34,353 nucleotides of DNA from Arcobacteraceae bacterium (GTDB lineage: Bacteria; Campylobacterota; Campylobacteria; Campylobacterales; Arcobacteraceae). The stretch spans positions 1 through 34,353 of the forward strand of contig JBLWVX010000028.1 in the NCBI GenBank assembly GCA_048268245.1, in the 5' to 3' direction. Within the stretch, counting starts at the first letter, position 1. Every line of letters begins with the position of its first letter. Below are positions 7,287-16,307 of the stretch, in pieces. Below the pieces are notes generated by a model. That model was given only the letters and a program-made list of their open reading frames with translations, made no database searches and had not been told where the DNA came from. The translations under genes and the position numbers were made by a program.

Positions 7287-8072
7287 TTGGAACTTTTAAT
7301 AATAAAATCTATATCTGTTGTAATACTAGTTTTGACTCTTAGTTTTATTGCAGAGAAATTAAGCCCTAAAATCTCAGGTGTTTTATCAGGACTTCCTGTA
7401 GGCAGTTCTATTACTCTTTTATTTTTTGCAGTAGAGAATGGTGTAGATTACGTAACTAATGTAGCTTTGTATAATATTCATGGTTTATTTGCAGCACTTG
7501 CATTTTGTATAGGCTATTATATTAGTACTTTTTATAAAGGTAAATTAGAAATTTCAATGAGTATTTTAATCTCTTTCGTTTCTTACCTTTTAATTGCATA
7601 TATTATATCTTTTATTCCTCCACATATAATTTTTACACCTTTAATTGTTATAATATTAATGTTAATCTCATCAGTATATTTTGCAAAGAAAGAGAATCAT
7701 GCAATAGAAAAAAAAGAAAAAGTCTCTTTTTTTGATTTAGTTTTTAGATCTATTCTTACAATAGGGATTTTTTTAACTGTTTCAAGTTTACCTAAATATG
7801 TAGACCCTAATCTTGCTGGAATTTTTTCAGCTTTTCCTACTATTTTATTACCCTTATTATTGATAATTCATTTTAGACATAGTAATTTACAAGCTAGAAC
7901 AATAATAAAGAATACACCTTTTGGTTTAAGTTCAGTTGTAATTTATTCATTAGTAGTTTTTTATACATATGAGTCTTATGGGATTTTAATAGGAACAATT
8001 TTAGCTTTTGTAGCATCTGTTGTTTATATATTAATTCAAACTAAACTAATGAAAATTTTCAAATTAATCTAA
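7287..8072 (+). CDS. Uncharacterised membrane protein (about 8 TM) with an internal duplication, GlpM/DUF3147-like halves
   Basis: Hydrophobic; repeated motif AEKLSPKISGVLSGLP vs PKYVDPNLAGIFSAFP; TTG start after AAGGA. Confidence 0.7.
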   Translation: MELLIIKSISVVILVLTLSFIAEKLSPKISGVLSGLPVGSSITLLFFAVENGVDYVTNVALYNIHGLFAALAFCIGYYISTFYKGKLEISMSILISFVSYLLIAYIISFIPPHIIFTPLIVIILMLISSVYFAKKENHAIEKKEKVSFFDLVFRSILTIGIFLTVSSLPKYVDPNLAGIFSAFPTILLPLLLIIHFRHSNLQARTIIKNTPFGLSSVVIYSLVVFYTYESYGILIGTILAFVASVVYILIQTKLMKIFKLI

Positions 8073-8130
8073 TTTACAAGAAATAAACAAAATTATATTA
8101 TAATATCTCATATTTATAAATAGGATATAT

Positions 8131-8790
8131 ATGAGAGTACTACTATTAGAAGATGATATGGCATTAAATGATTTGCTAAGTGATCATTTGGAAGACAAAG
8201 GTTATGATGTTACTTTATGTACAAATGGACAAGAAGCACTAGAGTACTTAATTGATGAAAAATTTGATTTTGCTTTACTTGACATAAATACTCCAATAAT
8301 GACCGGAATTGATGTTTTAAAGACTATAAGAGAAGACTATAAAAATAGTACTCCTGTAATAATTCTTACTGCTTATCAAGATACAAAACATTTAAAAGAC
8401 TCTTTTGAAAATGGTGTTGATGACTATATAAAAAAGCCCTTTGATTTAGAAGAGTTAGACCAAAGAATCATGAAACTTTGTAGACAGTTCTTTATTGAAC
8501 AAAATAGTAATATACAAATTGATAATAATATATTTTTCGAACCTGATTCATGTTTGATTTCATTAAATGAGAAAAGTGTAAGTATTGCACAAAAAGAAAG
8601 AGATATTTTAAAGTATTTTTGTAACCATAGAAATAGGGTAATTTCTAGTGAAGAACTACTTCAAAATATTTGGGCTTATGAAGATATGCCAACTGATGCA
8701 ACTATTAGAGTTTATATAAAAAATTTAAGAGAAATTATTGGAAAAGACAGAATAAAAACTATTAGAGGAATAGGGTATAAATTTGAATAA
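8131..8790 (+). CDS. OmpR/PhoB-family DNA-binding response regulator
   Basis: LLEDD, phosphoacceptor LLDIN, DDYIKKPF, winged-helix TIRVYIKNLR...IKTIRGIGY; TATAAT at 8099-8104. Confidence 0.95.
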   Translation: MRVLLLEDDMALNDLLSDHLEDKGYDVTLCTNGQEALEYLIDEKFDFALLDINTPIMTGIDVLKTIREDYKNSTPVIILTAYQDTKHLKDSFENGVDDYIKKPFDLEELDQRIMKLCRQFFIEQNSNIQIDNNIFFEPDSCLISLNEKSVSIAQKERDILKYFCNHRNRVISSEELLQNIWAYEDMPTDATIRVYIKNLREIIGKDRIKTIRGIGYKFE

Positions 8791-9985
8791 AAATGAAAGA
8801 AAAGCCCTTATTAGTTTTCTTAGTATTTACATTGGTTCAGCTATACTTTTAATTAGTATTATGCTTTATTTATACTACAACAATGAAGTTCGTATGTTAA
8901 AAGATAGTTGTAGTATGGAAATAAGTAGTGTTTCTATGGAAATAAAAAGTGAAATACTTGATAGTTATATGAAAAACAAAAGATTTATTCCTAAAGATTA
9001 TGGAAGTGATCATATAAGATATGCTTTATATGATGAAAATAAAAAGCTATTATATTCAAGTTTAGATGGTGAAAAGTACGTTGATTTATCAAAAAGCAAA
9101 TATGTAGAAGATATATATAATTTTTATATTGTAAAACTAAATGAACCCTCTGTTCCTACTGAATATATTGTTTTAGAGTCTTGTAGAGAGTATCAAGATA
9201 CAAACAAATTAAAAATATATATTATTGTAATTCTTATATTAAGTGCTGTATTTATTGGAATAATTGCTTACTTGTTAGCTAAGATTTTATTAAAACCTGT
9301 ACGAGAAAAAGTAGAGCATATGGATAGATTTATAAAAGATTCTGCCCATGAGTTAAATACTCCTATTTCTGTTTTGATGACATCTGTCTCAATGCTTAAA
9401 AAAGGTAAAAATCCTGAAAAAATGATGAAGTATATTTTAAGTAGTTCAAAACAAATATCTCAGATTTATAATGATATTCATTTTTCTGCTTTTAATGCTT
9501 CAAATGAAGATGTAATAGAAGAGTTTGATTTAAAACAGTTGGTTCAAGAAAGTGTTGATTATTTTAATGATATTTCAATTACTAAAAACATTGAAATTAA
9601 AACACATTTAGATGATTGTATTTTATTTATGGATAAAACAAAAACACAAAAAATTGTAAATAATCTGATTTCAAATTCAGTTAAATATAGTCATAACAAT
9701 TCAATTGTTGAGGTTAGTATAAAACATAATACTTTAAGTGTAAAAGATTTTGGAGTAGGTATTTCCCAAAAAGAGCAAAAAGAGATTTTTAAAAGATATA
9801 AAAGAGGTAGTAATAATATTGAAGGTGGTTTTGGAATCGGTCTTGATATTGTAAAAAGAATATCAAATGAATATGGTTTAAAATTACAGTTAGACTCAAA
9901 GATAAATGAGGGTACTACTTTTTATATAGATTTTTCATCTGTGATTATAGGTGCAAAGTGTGATATTAAAGATAAAGAAATTTAA
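8783..9985 (+). CDS. Sensor histidine kinase
   Basis: Two TM segments, H-box AHELNTP, N-box NLISNSVKYS, G1 DFGVGI, G2 GFGIGL; overlaps the regulator. Confidence 0.95.
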   Translation: MNKNERKALISFLSIYIGSAILLISIMLYLYYNNEVRMLKDSCSMEISSVSMEIKSEILDSYMKNKRFIPKDYGSDHIRYALYDENKKLLYSSLDGEKYVDLSKSKYVEDIYNFYIVKLNEPSVPTEYIVLESCREYQDTNKLKIYIIVILILSAVFIGIIAYLLAKILLKPVREKVEHMDRFIKDSAHELNTPISVLMTSVSMLKKGKNPEKMMKYILSSSKQISQIYNDIHFSAFNASNEDVIEEFDLKQLVQESVDYFNDISITKNIEIKTHLDDCILFMDKTKTQKIVNNLISNSVKYSHNNSIVEVSIKHNTLSVKDFGVGISQKEQKEIFKRYKRGSNNIEGGFGIGLDIVKRISNEYGLKLQLDSKINEGTTFYIDFSSVIIGAKCDIKDKEI

Positions 9986-10036
9986 AAGAGTTTTTATAAA
10001 AAAAGCAATAGAATACAAAAAATAAAAAGAGATAAA

Positions 10037-10621
10037 ATGAATAATATTATTAAAAATTTTAAGACAAGTGATTTAGAGAATACAAAGTTTGTTCATCCTT
10101 TAAAACTAACTTATACTCAAAATGGTAAAGATAAAGCATGGGAAGCTGTTAAAAGTCATGATAGTGTTGCAGTACTTTTATATCATGAAGAAAAGCATTC
10201 TTTTTTATTAGTTAAGCAATTTAGACCACCTGTATATTTAAATGATAATAGTAAATTATGTACTTACGAACTTTGTGCTGGAATTATTGATAAAGATAAA
10301 TCTCTTGAGGAAATTGTAAAAGAAGAGATAGATGAAGAGTGCGGATATAATGTGCAGCTTGATTCTATTGTAAAAGTTACTTCATTTTATACAAATGTAG
10401 GTGTTAGTGGATCTAAACAACATCTATATTTTGCAAAAATAAATGACTCTATGGTTTGTCATGATGGTGGAGGCATTAATGATGAGCAAATTGAGCTTAT
10501 GTATCTTCCTCTTGAGCAGAGTGATGATTTTATTTTTGATGAGAATAAAGCAAAAACTCCAGGTCTTATGTTCTCTTTTTATTGGTTTATGAAAAATAAA
10601 GACAACTTGGGAATAAAATGA
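10037..10621 (+). CDS. NUDIX nucleoside-diphosphate-sugar pyrophosphatase (YffH/NudK/NUDT14-like)
   Basis: HDSVAVLL, VKQFRPPV, Nudix box ELCAGIID...KEEIDEECGY. Confidence 0.88.
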   Translation: MNNIIKNFKTSDLENTKFVHPLKLTYTQNGKDKAWEAVKSHDSVAVLLYHEEKHSFLLVKQFRPPVYLNDNSKLCTYELCAGIIDKDKSLEEIVKEEIDEECGYNVQLDSIVKVTSFYTNVGVSGSKQHLYFAKINDSMVCHDGGGINDEQIELMYLPLEQSDDFIFDENKAKTPGLMFSFYWFMKNKDNLGIK

Positions 10622-11043
10622 GTAAAAAATTTATATACCTTTTTTTAGTTTCTCCTTTTCTTCTATTTGCAAATGAACCTATGGTACAAGTAGATAATAC
10701 ATTTATTACTAAATATGAATATGGGAAAATGCTTTATAATAATCCTAGAGGAATAGGGTGTAGTACATGTCATGGTAGTGATGCTAAAGGGAAAAAAATA
10801 GTTAGTTTTTCTCATACATATAGAAAGAAGAAATATGAGTGTGATTTAGTTGCTCCTAGTATTAAAGAAGCAGATTATAAAGTTTTCTCAAAAAAAATAA
10901 ACTCTAAAATAAACCCTTCTAAAAAGTTTCCAAAAGAGCAAGTATGTGAGAAACTTATATATTATGCAAATGTAATGCCTACATATTTTTTAGTAGAAGA
11001 AGAAATCGCAGCAATTTATTACTATGTAAAAAATTTAAAGTAA
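10618..11043 (+). CDS. Periplasmic monoheme c-type cytochrome
   Basis: Signal peptide, CSTCH heme motif, distal Met in VMPTY. Confidence 0.85.
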   Translation: MSKKFIYLFLVSPFLLFANEPMVQVDNTFITKYEYGKMLYNNPRGIGCSTCHGSDAKGKKIVSFSHTYRKKKYECDLVAPSIKEADYKVFSKKINSKINPSKKFPKEQVCEKLIYYANVMPTYFLVEEEIAAIYYYVKNLK

Positions 11044-11062
11044 GCTCTATCTAGATAGAGCT
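11043..11062. terminator. Perfect 20-bp palindrome at the convergent cytochrome c/pldA junction
   Basis: AGCTCTATCTAGATAGAGCT is its own reverse complement. Confidence 0.5.
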
Positions 11063-12057
11063 ATACCAAATCCTATTCTATTTATTTTTTTGTCATAATC
11101 TATTAAACTATCTCCATAACCTGAAAATAGTTGTATAAAACCATAAGTATTTGATGAGGAAATAGCATTAGGAAAAGGGAATGTCCAGTCAAGTTGAACC
11201 GCACCTTTATTTTCTGAGTTAAATTTCATATTATTTCTTACCATTAATTCAAATACTTGTTCTTTGTAAGGATATAAAAGTTTTAAATCTCCATATCCAT
11301 AATAATCTTCAATATCTGGATTGTCATCGTCTGCTTTTTCTGGTATTCTATACCAAACTCTTGGAATTACAAATAATTTAGATAGTTGTAAATAACTTTC
11401 TAAATAGATTCTATTCCATGATCTTGAAAACTCATTGTTCCTTCCATTTGATTGATGATTTAATGCTATTTTATAACCTTTTAAAGTTTCACTATTCTTA
11501 TAAGGAAATTGTACAAATAGCTCAGGTTCATAATTTGTTTCTCTAAATGGCGCAGAGTCTGCTGCTGTTTGCCAAAAAGATTTTTGAGTATATGCAAAAG
11601 ATATAGATTCATCTAAACCTAAAAAATTGTATGTCATAGGTTTTTCAATACTAAATTGAAATTTTGTTTCAAGTCTTTCTCTGTCACTTTTTTTATTATC
11701 ATCAAAAGTAATAGGTAGTAAATAGTTCATTTTGTAAGGGTATAAACCAAAACTTTTTGTAAGTATTTGTTTGATAGTTCCATTCGCTTCTTTATCTTCT
11801 GTTTTATTTATAATTTCTTCATAAAAATCAGTTTTTAATTTAGTGAATGTTTGTACTTTATAATCATGGTCTTTTGATTTATCAACTATATATACATCAC
11901 TATTATTTGAAAGTTCAAAGGCTTTTTTATACATAATCATTGCATTTTTATAGTCATTTGCTTTTTCATACTCTTGTGCTTTTTTATAAATGTCATTTGC
12001 TTCATTTGCCCAGGTAAAACTTATAATAAGTAGAAGTAATATTTTAATTTTTAACAT
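11047..12057 (-). CDS. pldA: Outer-membrane phospholipase A1 (OMPLA)
   Basis: KFQFS, YTQKSFWQ, PFRETNYEPE, catalytic HQSNG, SRSWNR, GYGDSLIDY; signal peptide. Confidence 0.95.
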   Translation of the reverse strand: MLKIKILLLLIISFTWANEANDIYKKAQEYEKANDYKNAMIMYKKAFELSNNSDVYIVDKSKDHDYKVQTFTKLKTDFYEEIINKTEDKEANGTIKQILTKSFGLYPYKMNYLLPITFDDNKKSDRERLETKFQFSIEKPMTYNFLGLDESISFAYTQKSFWQTAADSAPFRETNYEPELFVQFPYKNSETLKGYKIALNHQSNGRNNEFSRSWNRIYLESYLQLSKLFVIPRVWYRIPEKADDDNPDIEDYYGYGDLKLLYPYKEQVFELMVRNNMKFNSENKGAVQLDWTFPFPNAISSSNTYGFIQLFSGYGDSLIDYDKKINRIGFGIALSR

Positions 12058-12167
12058 TTTATCTCTTTTTTTGTTTTTTTTAATTTTACTATAATAGAGT
12101 TTAGGTTTTTATTTTTATGAAAAGTTTATTTGTAAATATATATTTTCGCAGGATAAAAGAGAGATAA

Positions 12168-12176
12168 TGATATAAT
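12168..12176 (+). promoter_or_regulatory. Extended -10 promoter of the rpe operon
   Basis: TGaTATAAT then AAAAGG RBS. Confidence 0.7.
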
Positions 12177-12203
12177 CACAAAAATTTACTAAAAGGTTAA
12201 TAT

Positions 12204-12845
12204 ATGCTTGTTGCACCTTCGATTTTATCTGCAGATTTTGGAAAGTTGGATGAAGAAATAAAAGCAATTTGTGATGGTGGATGTGATTTAATTCATGTTG
12301 ACGTTATGGATGGACATTTTGTACCAAATATGACAATTGGTCCTGTAGTTGTAAACCCTGTAGCTAAAACTGCTACAAAGCCTCTTGATGTACACTTAAT
12401 GGTTGAAAACAATACATTTTTTGTAGAGCTTTTTGCTCCTTTAAAGCCTGAATATATATCTTTTCATATTGAAAGTGAGAAGCACCCTCATAGACTTATT
12501 CAAAAAATTAGATCTTATGGAATTAAACCTGCTATTGTTCTAAATCCTCATACTACTCCTGAAACAATTGAATACTTACTAGAAGATTTAGATATGGTTC
12601 TACTAATGTCAGTAAATCCAGGTTTTGGTGGACAAAAGTTTATTTCTTCAGTAGTTGAGAAAACTAAAAAATTAAAAGAGTTAATCAAAAAAAGAAATCC
12701 AAATTGTTTAATTGAAGTTGATGGTGGAGTAAATGATAAAAACATTCATGAACTTAAAGAAGCAGGTGTTGATGTAGTCGTAGCTGGATCTTATGTATTT
12801 GGAAATGATGATTACTCAAAAGCGATTAAAAGCCTACAGGTATAA
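12204..12845 (+). CDS. rpe: Ribulose-phosphate 3-epimerase
   Basis: APSILSADF, HVDVMDGHFVPN, MSVNPGFGGQKF, EVDGGV. Confidence 0.98.
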   Translation: MLVAPSILSADFGKLDEEIKAICDGGCDLIHVDVMDGHFVPNMTIGPVVVNPVAKTATKPLDVHLMVENNTFFVELFAPLKPEYISFHIESEKHPHRLIQKIRSYGIKPAIVLNPHTTPETIEYLLEDLDMVLLMSVNPGFGGQKFISSVVEKTKKLKELIKKRNPNCLIEVDGGVNDKNIHELKEAGVDVVVAGSYVFGNDDYSKAIKSLQV

Positions 12846-12847
12846 AA

Positions 12848-13438
12848 ATGAGAGTTAAAATTTGTGGTATCACAAATCTTGAAGATGCTCTTGATGCAAT
12901 ACAAGCAGGAGCTTCAGCTCTTGGCTTTGTATTTTATGAAAAATCACCTAGATATATTGAGCCTTTTGAGGCAAGAAAAATTGTAGATAAATTACCTCCT
13001 TTTATTCAAACTGTTGGACTTTTTGTAAATGAATCTACTAGTTATATAAATCAAGTTTGTAGTAATGCAAAAATGCAAATAGCTCAAATAATTGATGATG
13101 ACAACTATACAGAATTAGAATTATTAGAAGTGAAATATATCGAAGTTATTCGAGCAAGAAATAAAGAGGATTTGTTAAATATAGATGACAAATATTATTT
13201 AGTAGATGCTTTTGTTGAGAGTTTTGGTGGTGCAGGTAAAAGAGTAGCGTTAGATTGGTTTGATGAGGTTGATTGCTCTAAAATTATACTTGCTGGTGGT
13301 TTAACTTATGAAAATATAAAAGAACTAAAAGGTTATAACTTTTTTGCAATTGATGTAAGTTCTGGTGTTGAAGCATCTAAGGGTAAAAAAGATAAAGATA
13401 AAATGATTAAATTTATAAAAGCTTCAAATGAAATCTAG
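12848..13438 (+). CDS. trpF: Phosphoribosylanthranilate isomerase
   Basis: VKICGIT, GFVFYEKSPR, LAGGL, DVSSGVE. Confidence 0.96.
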   Translation: MRVKICGITNLEDALDAIQAGASALGFVFYEKSPRYIEPFEARKIVDKLPPFIQTVGLFVNESTSYINQVCSNAKMQIAQIIDDDNYTELELLEVKYIEVIRARNKEDLLNIDDKYYLVDAFVESFGGAGKRVALDWFDEVDCSKIILAGGLTYENIKELKGYNFFAIDVSSGVEASKGKKDKDKMIKFIKASNEI

Positions 13439-14267
13439 AAAAAGACTAATTCCAAAACCTTCTTTTAAATTAGAAAATATAATTCAAAAACTTGAAAAAG
13501 ATAAGATTGAATACAATGAGTTCTTAGTACTTCTAGAAAAAGCAAAAGATACATTTTTTGATACGCCTGAATTAGAATTTGAGCTTCTTTTATCAAATGG
13601 TTTACCTTTAGAATTAGATGAAGAAAACTATATTTTTCTAAAAACTACACATACAAAGATATATGAGCAGAATTTTTGTATTGTAGATATTGAAACAAAT
13701 GGTTCTTGTGTAAAAAAAGGTGCTCAAGTTATTGAGATTGGTGCTGTAAAATATAAGAATGGTAAGATTATTGATAAATTTGAATCATTAGTTTATGCAA
13801 AAAAAATACCTGAATATATACAAGAAGTAACACAAATAAATCCAAAAATGTTAGAAGATTCTCCTGTAGTTGAAAATGTATTAAAGGAGTTTAAACTTTT
13901 TCTAGGTGATGATCTTTTTGTTGCCCATAATATTAAATTTGATTATGGATTTATATCAGATTCATTTGAAAAGTATGAATTAGGAAAACTTTATAATAGA
14001 AAACTTTGTACTATTGATTTAGCTAGAAGGTGTATTGAGTCTGAAAAATATGGTTTAAGAGCATTAAAAGAGACTTTACAAATTGATGTAGATAATCATC
14101 ACAGAGCTTATTATGATGCTTTAGCCACTACTTATATTTTAAAAGAGTGTATTTCTAATTTAGAAAACAAAGATATTACTAGTGAAGAGTTAATAATGTT
14201 CTCAAAAAGTTCAAAAATAAAACAAAAGAATATACAGAATCAAAATAACAAAAATAAGGAGCAATAA
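13428..14267 (+). CDS. dnaQ: DEDDh 3'-5' exonuclease (DNA polymerase III epsilon-like)
   Basis: ExoI VDIETNG, ExoII VAHNIKFD, ExoIII HHRAYYDA. Confidence 0.8.
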   Translation: MKSRKRLIPKPSFKLENIIQKLEKDKIEYNEFLVLLEKAKDTFFDTPELEFELLLSNGLPLELDEENYIFLKTTHTKIYEQNFCIVDIETNGSCVKKGAQVIEIGAVKYKNGKIIDKFESLVYAKKIPEYIQEVTQINPKMLEDSPVVENVLKEFKLFLGDDLFVAHNIKFDYGFISDSFEKYELGKLYNRKLCTIDLARRCIESEKYGLRALKETLQIDVDNHHRAYYDALATTYILKECISNLENKDITSEELIMFSKSSKIKQKNIQNQNNKNKEQ

Positions 14268-14810
14268 ATGTTTTCACAAGAAGTTTATCTAAAAGCTTTA
14301 TCTTATGCATCAAAAGCCCATGGCGAGCAAAAAACTCCAAAAGATCATCCTTATGTTGTTCATATTGTAAGTGTTGCTATGGAAGTAATACATGCATGTG
14401 AAAAGTCAGGTCTTGATGAAGAAAAGTCAAATTTAGCAATAGTATGTGCTTTATTGCATGACACTATAGAAGATACTAATGTTACTTATGATGATTTATA
14501 TACTGATTTTTCTCCTGAAGTTGCTGATGGGGTTGAAGCTTTAACTAAAGATAAAAGTTTAAAGACTAAAAAAGAACAAATGCAAGACAGTTTAGAAAAA
14601 CTAATGAATCAACCTTATGAAGTTCAGATGGTAAAACTAGCTGATAGAGTAACTAATCTTTCAAAGCCACCTAAACATTGGGATAATGAAAAAAAGAAGA
14701 AATATCTTGATGAAGCTAATTTAATTTTGTCATGCTTAAAAAACTCAAATATTCACTTATCTATAAGACTTGAAGAAAAAATAAAAGAGTATAAAAAGTT
14801 TATGGATTAA
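14268..14810 (+). CDS. Stand-alone HD-domain (p)ppGpp hydrolase-like protein (small alarmone hydrolase, Mesh1-like)
   Basis: AHGEQ, PYVVH, ALLHDTIEDT, VEALTK, VKLADRVTNL match the RelA/SpoT hydrolase domain; no synthetase domain. Confidence 0.85.
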   Translation: MFSQEVYLKALSYASKAHGEQKTPKDHPYVVHIVSVAMEVIHACEKSGLDEEKSNLAIVCALLHDTIEDTNVTYDDLYTDFSPEVADGVEALTKDKSLKTKKEQMQDSLEKLMNQPYEVQMVKLADRVTNLSKPPKHWDNEKKKKYLDEANLILSCLKNSNIHLSIRLEEKIKEYKKFMD

Positions 14811-14834
14811 AAGAAAAATTTTATTTTAACATAA

Positions 14835-14867
14835 AAAAAGGGAAGTGATTTTATCACTTCCCTTTTT
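14835..14867. terminator. Bidirectional Rho-independent terminator
   Basis: AAAAAGGGAAGTGAT-ttt-ATCACTTCCCTTTTT between convergent operons. Confidence 0.9.
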
Positions 14868-14884
14868 AGTTTCATAATAATCTA

Positions 14885-15460
14885 TTACGAAGCTTGAGCA
14901 GCTTCAGCTTCTTGAGCATACTTATAACCTAAGTCATAAGCTTTATTATTAATATCATGTACTTTTGCAGGTACTTTAGAAAGCATAGTTTCTCTTAACT
15001 TTTCTCTTGGAATAGTTTCACCTGTAAAGTAATTTGCCATTGCTAATGCTAATACTGATTGAGTAATAACATTTCCAACTTCTTCTTTAGCAATAGTAAT
15101 AATTGGAATTTCAACAATATTCCAAGTTTTTCTATCTTCTTCTGTAGGGCTTACTAGGTTTGGTTCAATTACAATTGTTCCACCTGGTTTTACACCACTT
15201 TTGAATTGGTTATAAGATACATTTGCAACTGATAACATGAAATCAATTTCACCTTCATTTGCATAAGGGTATAAAATTTCTTCATCTTGTAAAGTGATAT
15301 CAACAACTGTTGGACCACCTCTTACTTGTGAAGTATATGTAGCAGTTTTTAAACCATAACCACCATCATTAATCTTAGCAGCTGCGAAAATCGCACCTGC
15401 AAGAAGAACACCTTGTCCACCAACTCCTGTAAATCTCATTAACGTTTTATTAGCTGCCAT
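14885..15460 (-). CDS. oorC: 2-oxoglutarate:acceptor oxidoreductase gamma subunit
   Basis: GVGGQG, TYTSQVRGGPT; operon context. Confidence 0.93.
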   Translation of the reverse strand: MAANKTLMRFTGVGGQGVLLAGAIFAAAKINDGGYGLKTATYTSQVRGGPTVVDITLQDEEILYPYANEGEIDFMLSVANVSYNQFKSGVKPGGTIVIEPNLVSPTEEDRKTWNIVEIPIITIAKEEVGNVITQSVLALAMANYFTGETIPREKLRETMLSKVPAKVHDINNKAYDLGYKYAQEAEAAQAS

Positions 15461-15471
15461 GATGTTTCTCC

Positions 15472-16305
15472 TTATAATTCTACTGCTGTTTTAGTTCTAT
15501 GAGCTTCTTTTACTTTTTCGTATGCTTCACAGTACTCTTGTGCTTCAGTATCGTGTTTTAAAATACCTGTAGGGAATAATCCTGTTTGCTCTTCAGCTTC
15601 TAATTTATCAAATTTAGCTTTACCAATTGAGATAGATTTAATCCACTCTAAGTTAGCCATAGCTGTAGCCATTTTATTTTTTCTTCCTAAGTTAACGTGA
15701 CAGTTAGAGAATACTTCAATAAATGAGAATCCTTTATGTTGGAAACCTTTAACTAAAACTCTTTCAAGTTTTTTAGGATCTAACATAGTTTCTCTTGCTA
15801 CGAATGATGCACCAGCAGCTTCAACTAATTTACAAGCATCAAATGTAGGATCAATATTACCTCTACTCATTGTAACTGTCCACATACCTTGAGGAGTAGT
15901 TGGAGAAGTTTGTGAGTTTGTTAATCCATAAATGAAGTTATTGATAATAATGTAGTTAAGATCAATATTTCTTCTTGATGCATGAATTGTATGATTTCCA
16001 CCAATAGCAAGACCATCACCATCACCACCAACAACAATAACTTTCTTTTCAGGGTTTGCTAATTTAATACCTGTTGCATATGCTAATGTTCTACCGTGAG
16101 TTGTATGTACTGTATTACAGTTGATGTAAGAAGAGAATCTTCCTGAACATCCAATACCAGAAACAACACAAACGTCATCCATATTCCAACCAGTTTTTTC
16201 AATGGCTCTAATTACAGATTTTAAAATAACTCCATCACCACATCCCCAACACCATAGTGTTGGCATTTTGTCTGTTCTTAAATATTCATCATAATTAAAT
16301 GCCAT
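15472..16305 (-). CDS. oorB: 2-oxoglutarate:acceptor oxidoreductase beta subunit
   Basis: WCWGCG, SGIGCS, TPP-binding GDGD...NN. Confidence 0.95.
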   Translation of the reverse strand: MAFNYDEYLRTDKMPTLWCWGCGDGVILKSVIRAIEKTGWNMDDVCVVSGIGCSGRFSSYINCNTVHTTHGRTLAYATGIKLANPEKKVIVVGGDGDGLAIGGNHTIHASRRNIDLNYIIINNFIYGLTNSQTSPTTPQGMWTVTMSRGNIDPTFDACKLVEAAGASFVARETMLDPKKLERVLVKGFQHKGFSFIEVFSNCHVNLGRKNKMATAMANLEWIKSISIGKAKFDKLEAEEQTGLFPTGILKHDTEAQEYCEAYEKVKEAHRTKTAVEL

Positions 16306-16307
16306 GA

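Noticed and set aside
13428..14810. Anti-phage defence system (exonuclease plus HD protein)
   Set aside because: Both sit in a housekeeping rpe-trpF operon with no defence-island or mobility context; the rpe-dnaQ linkage is also known in Campylobacter.
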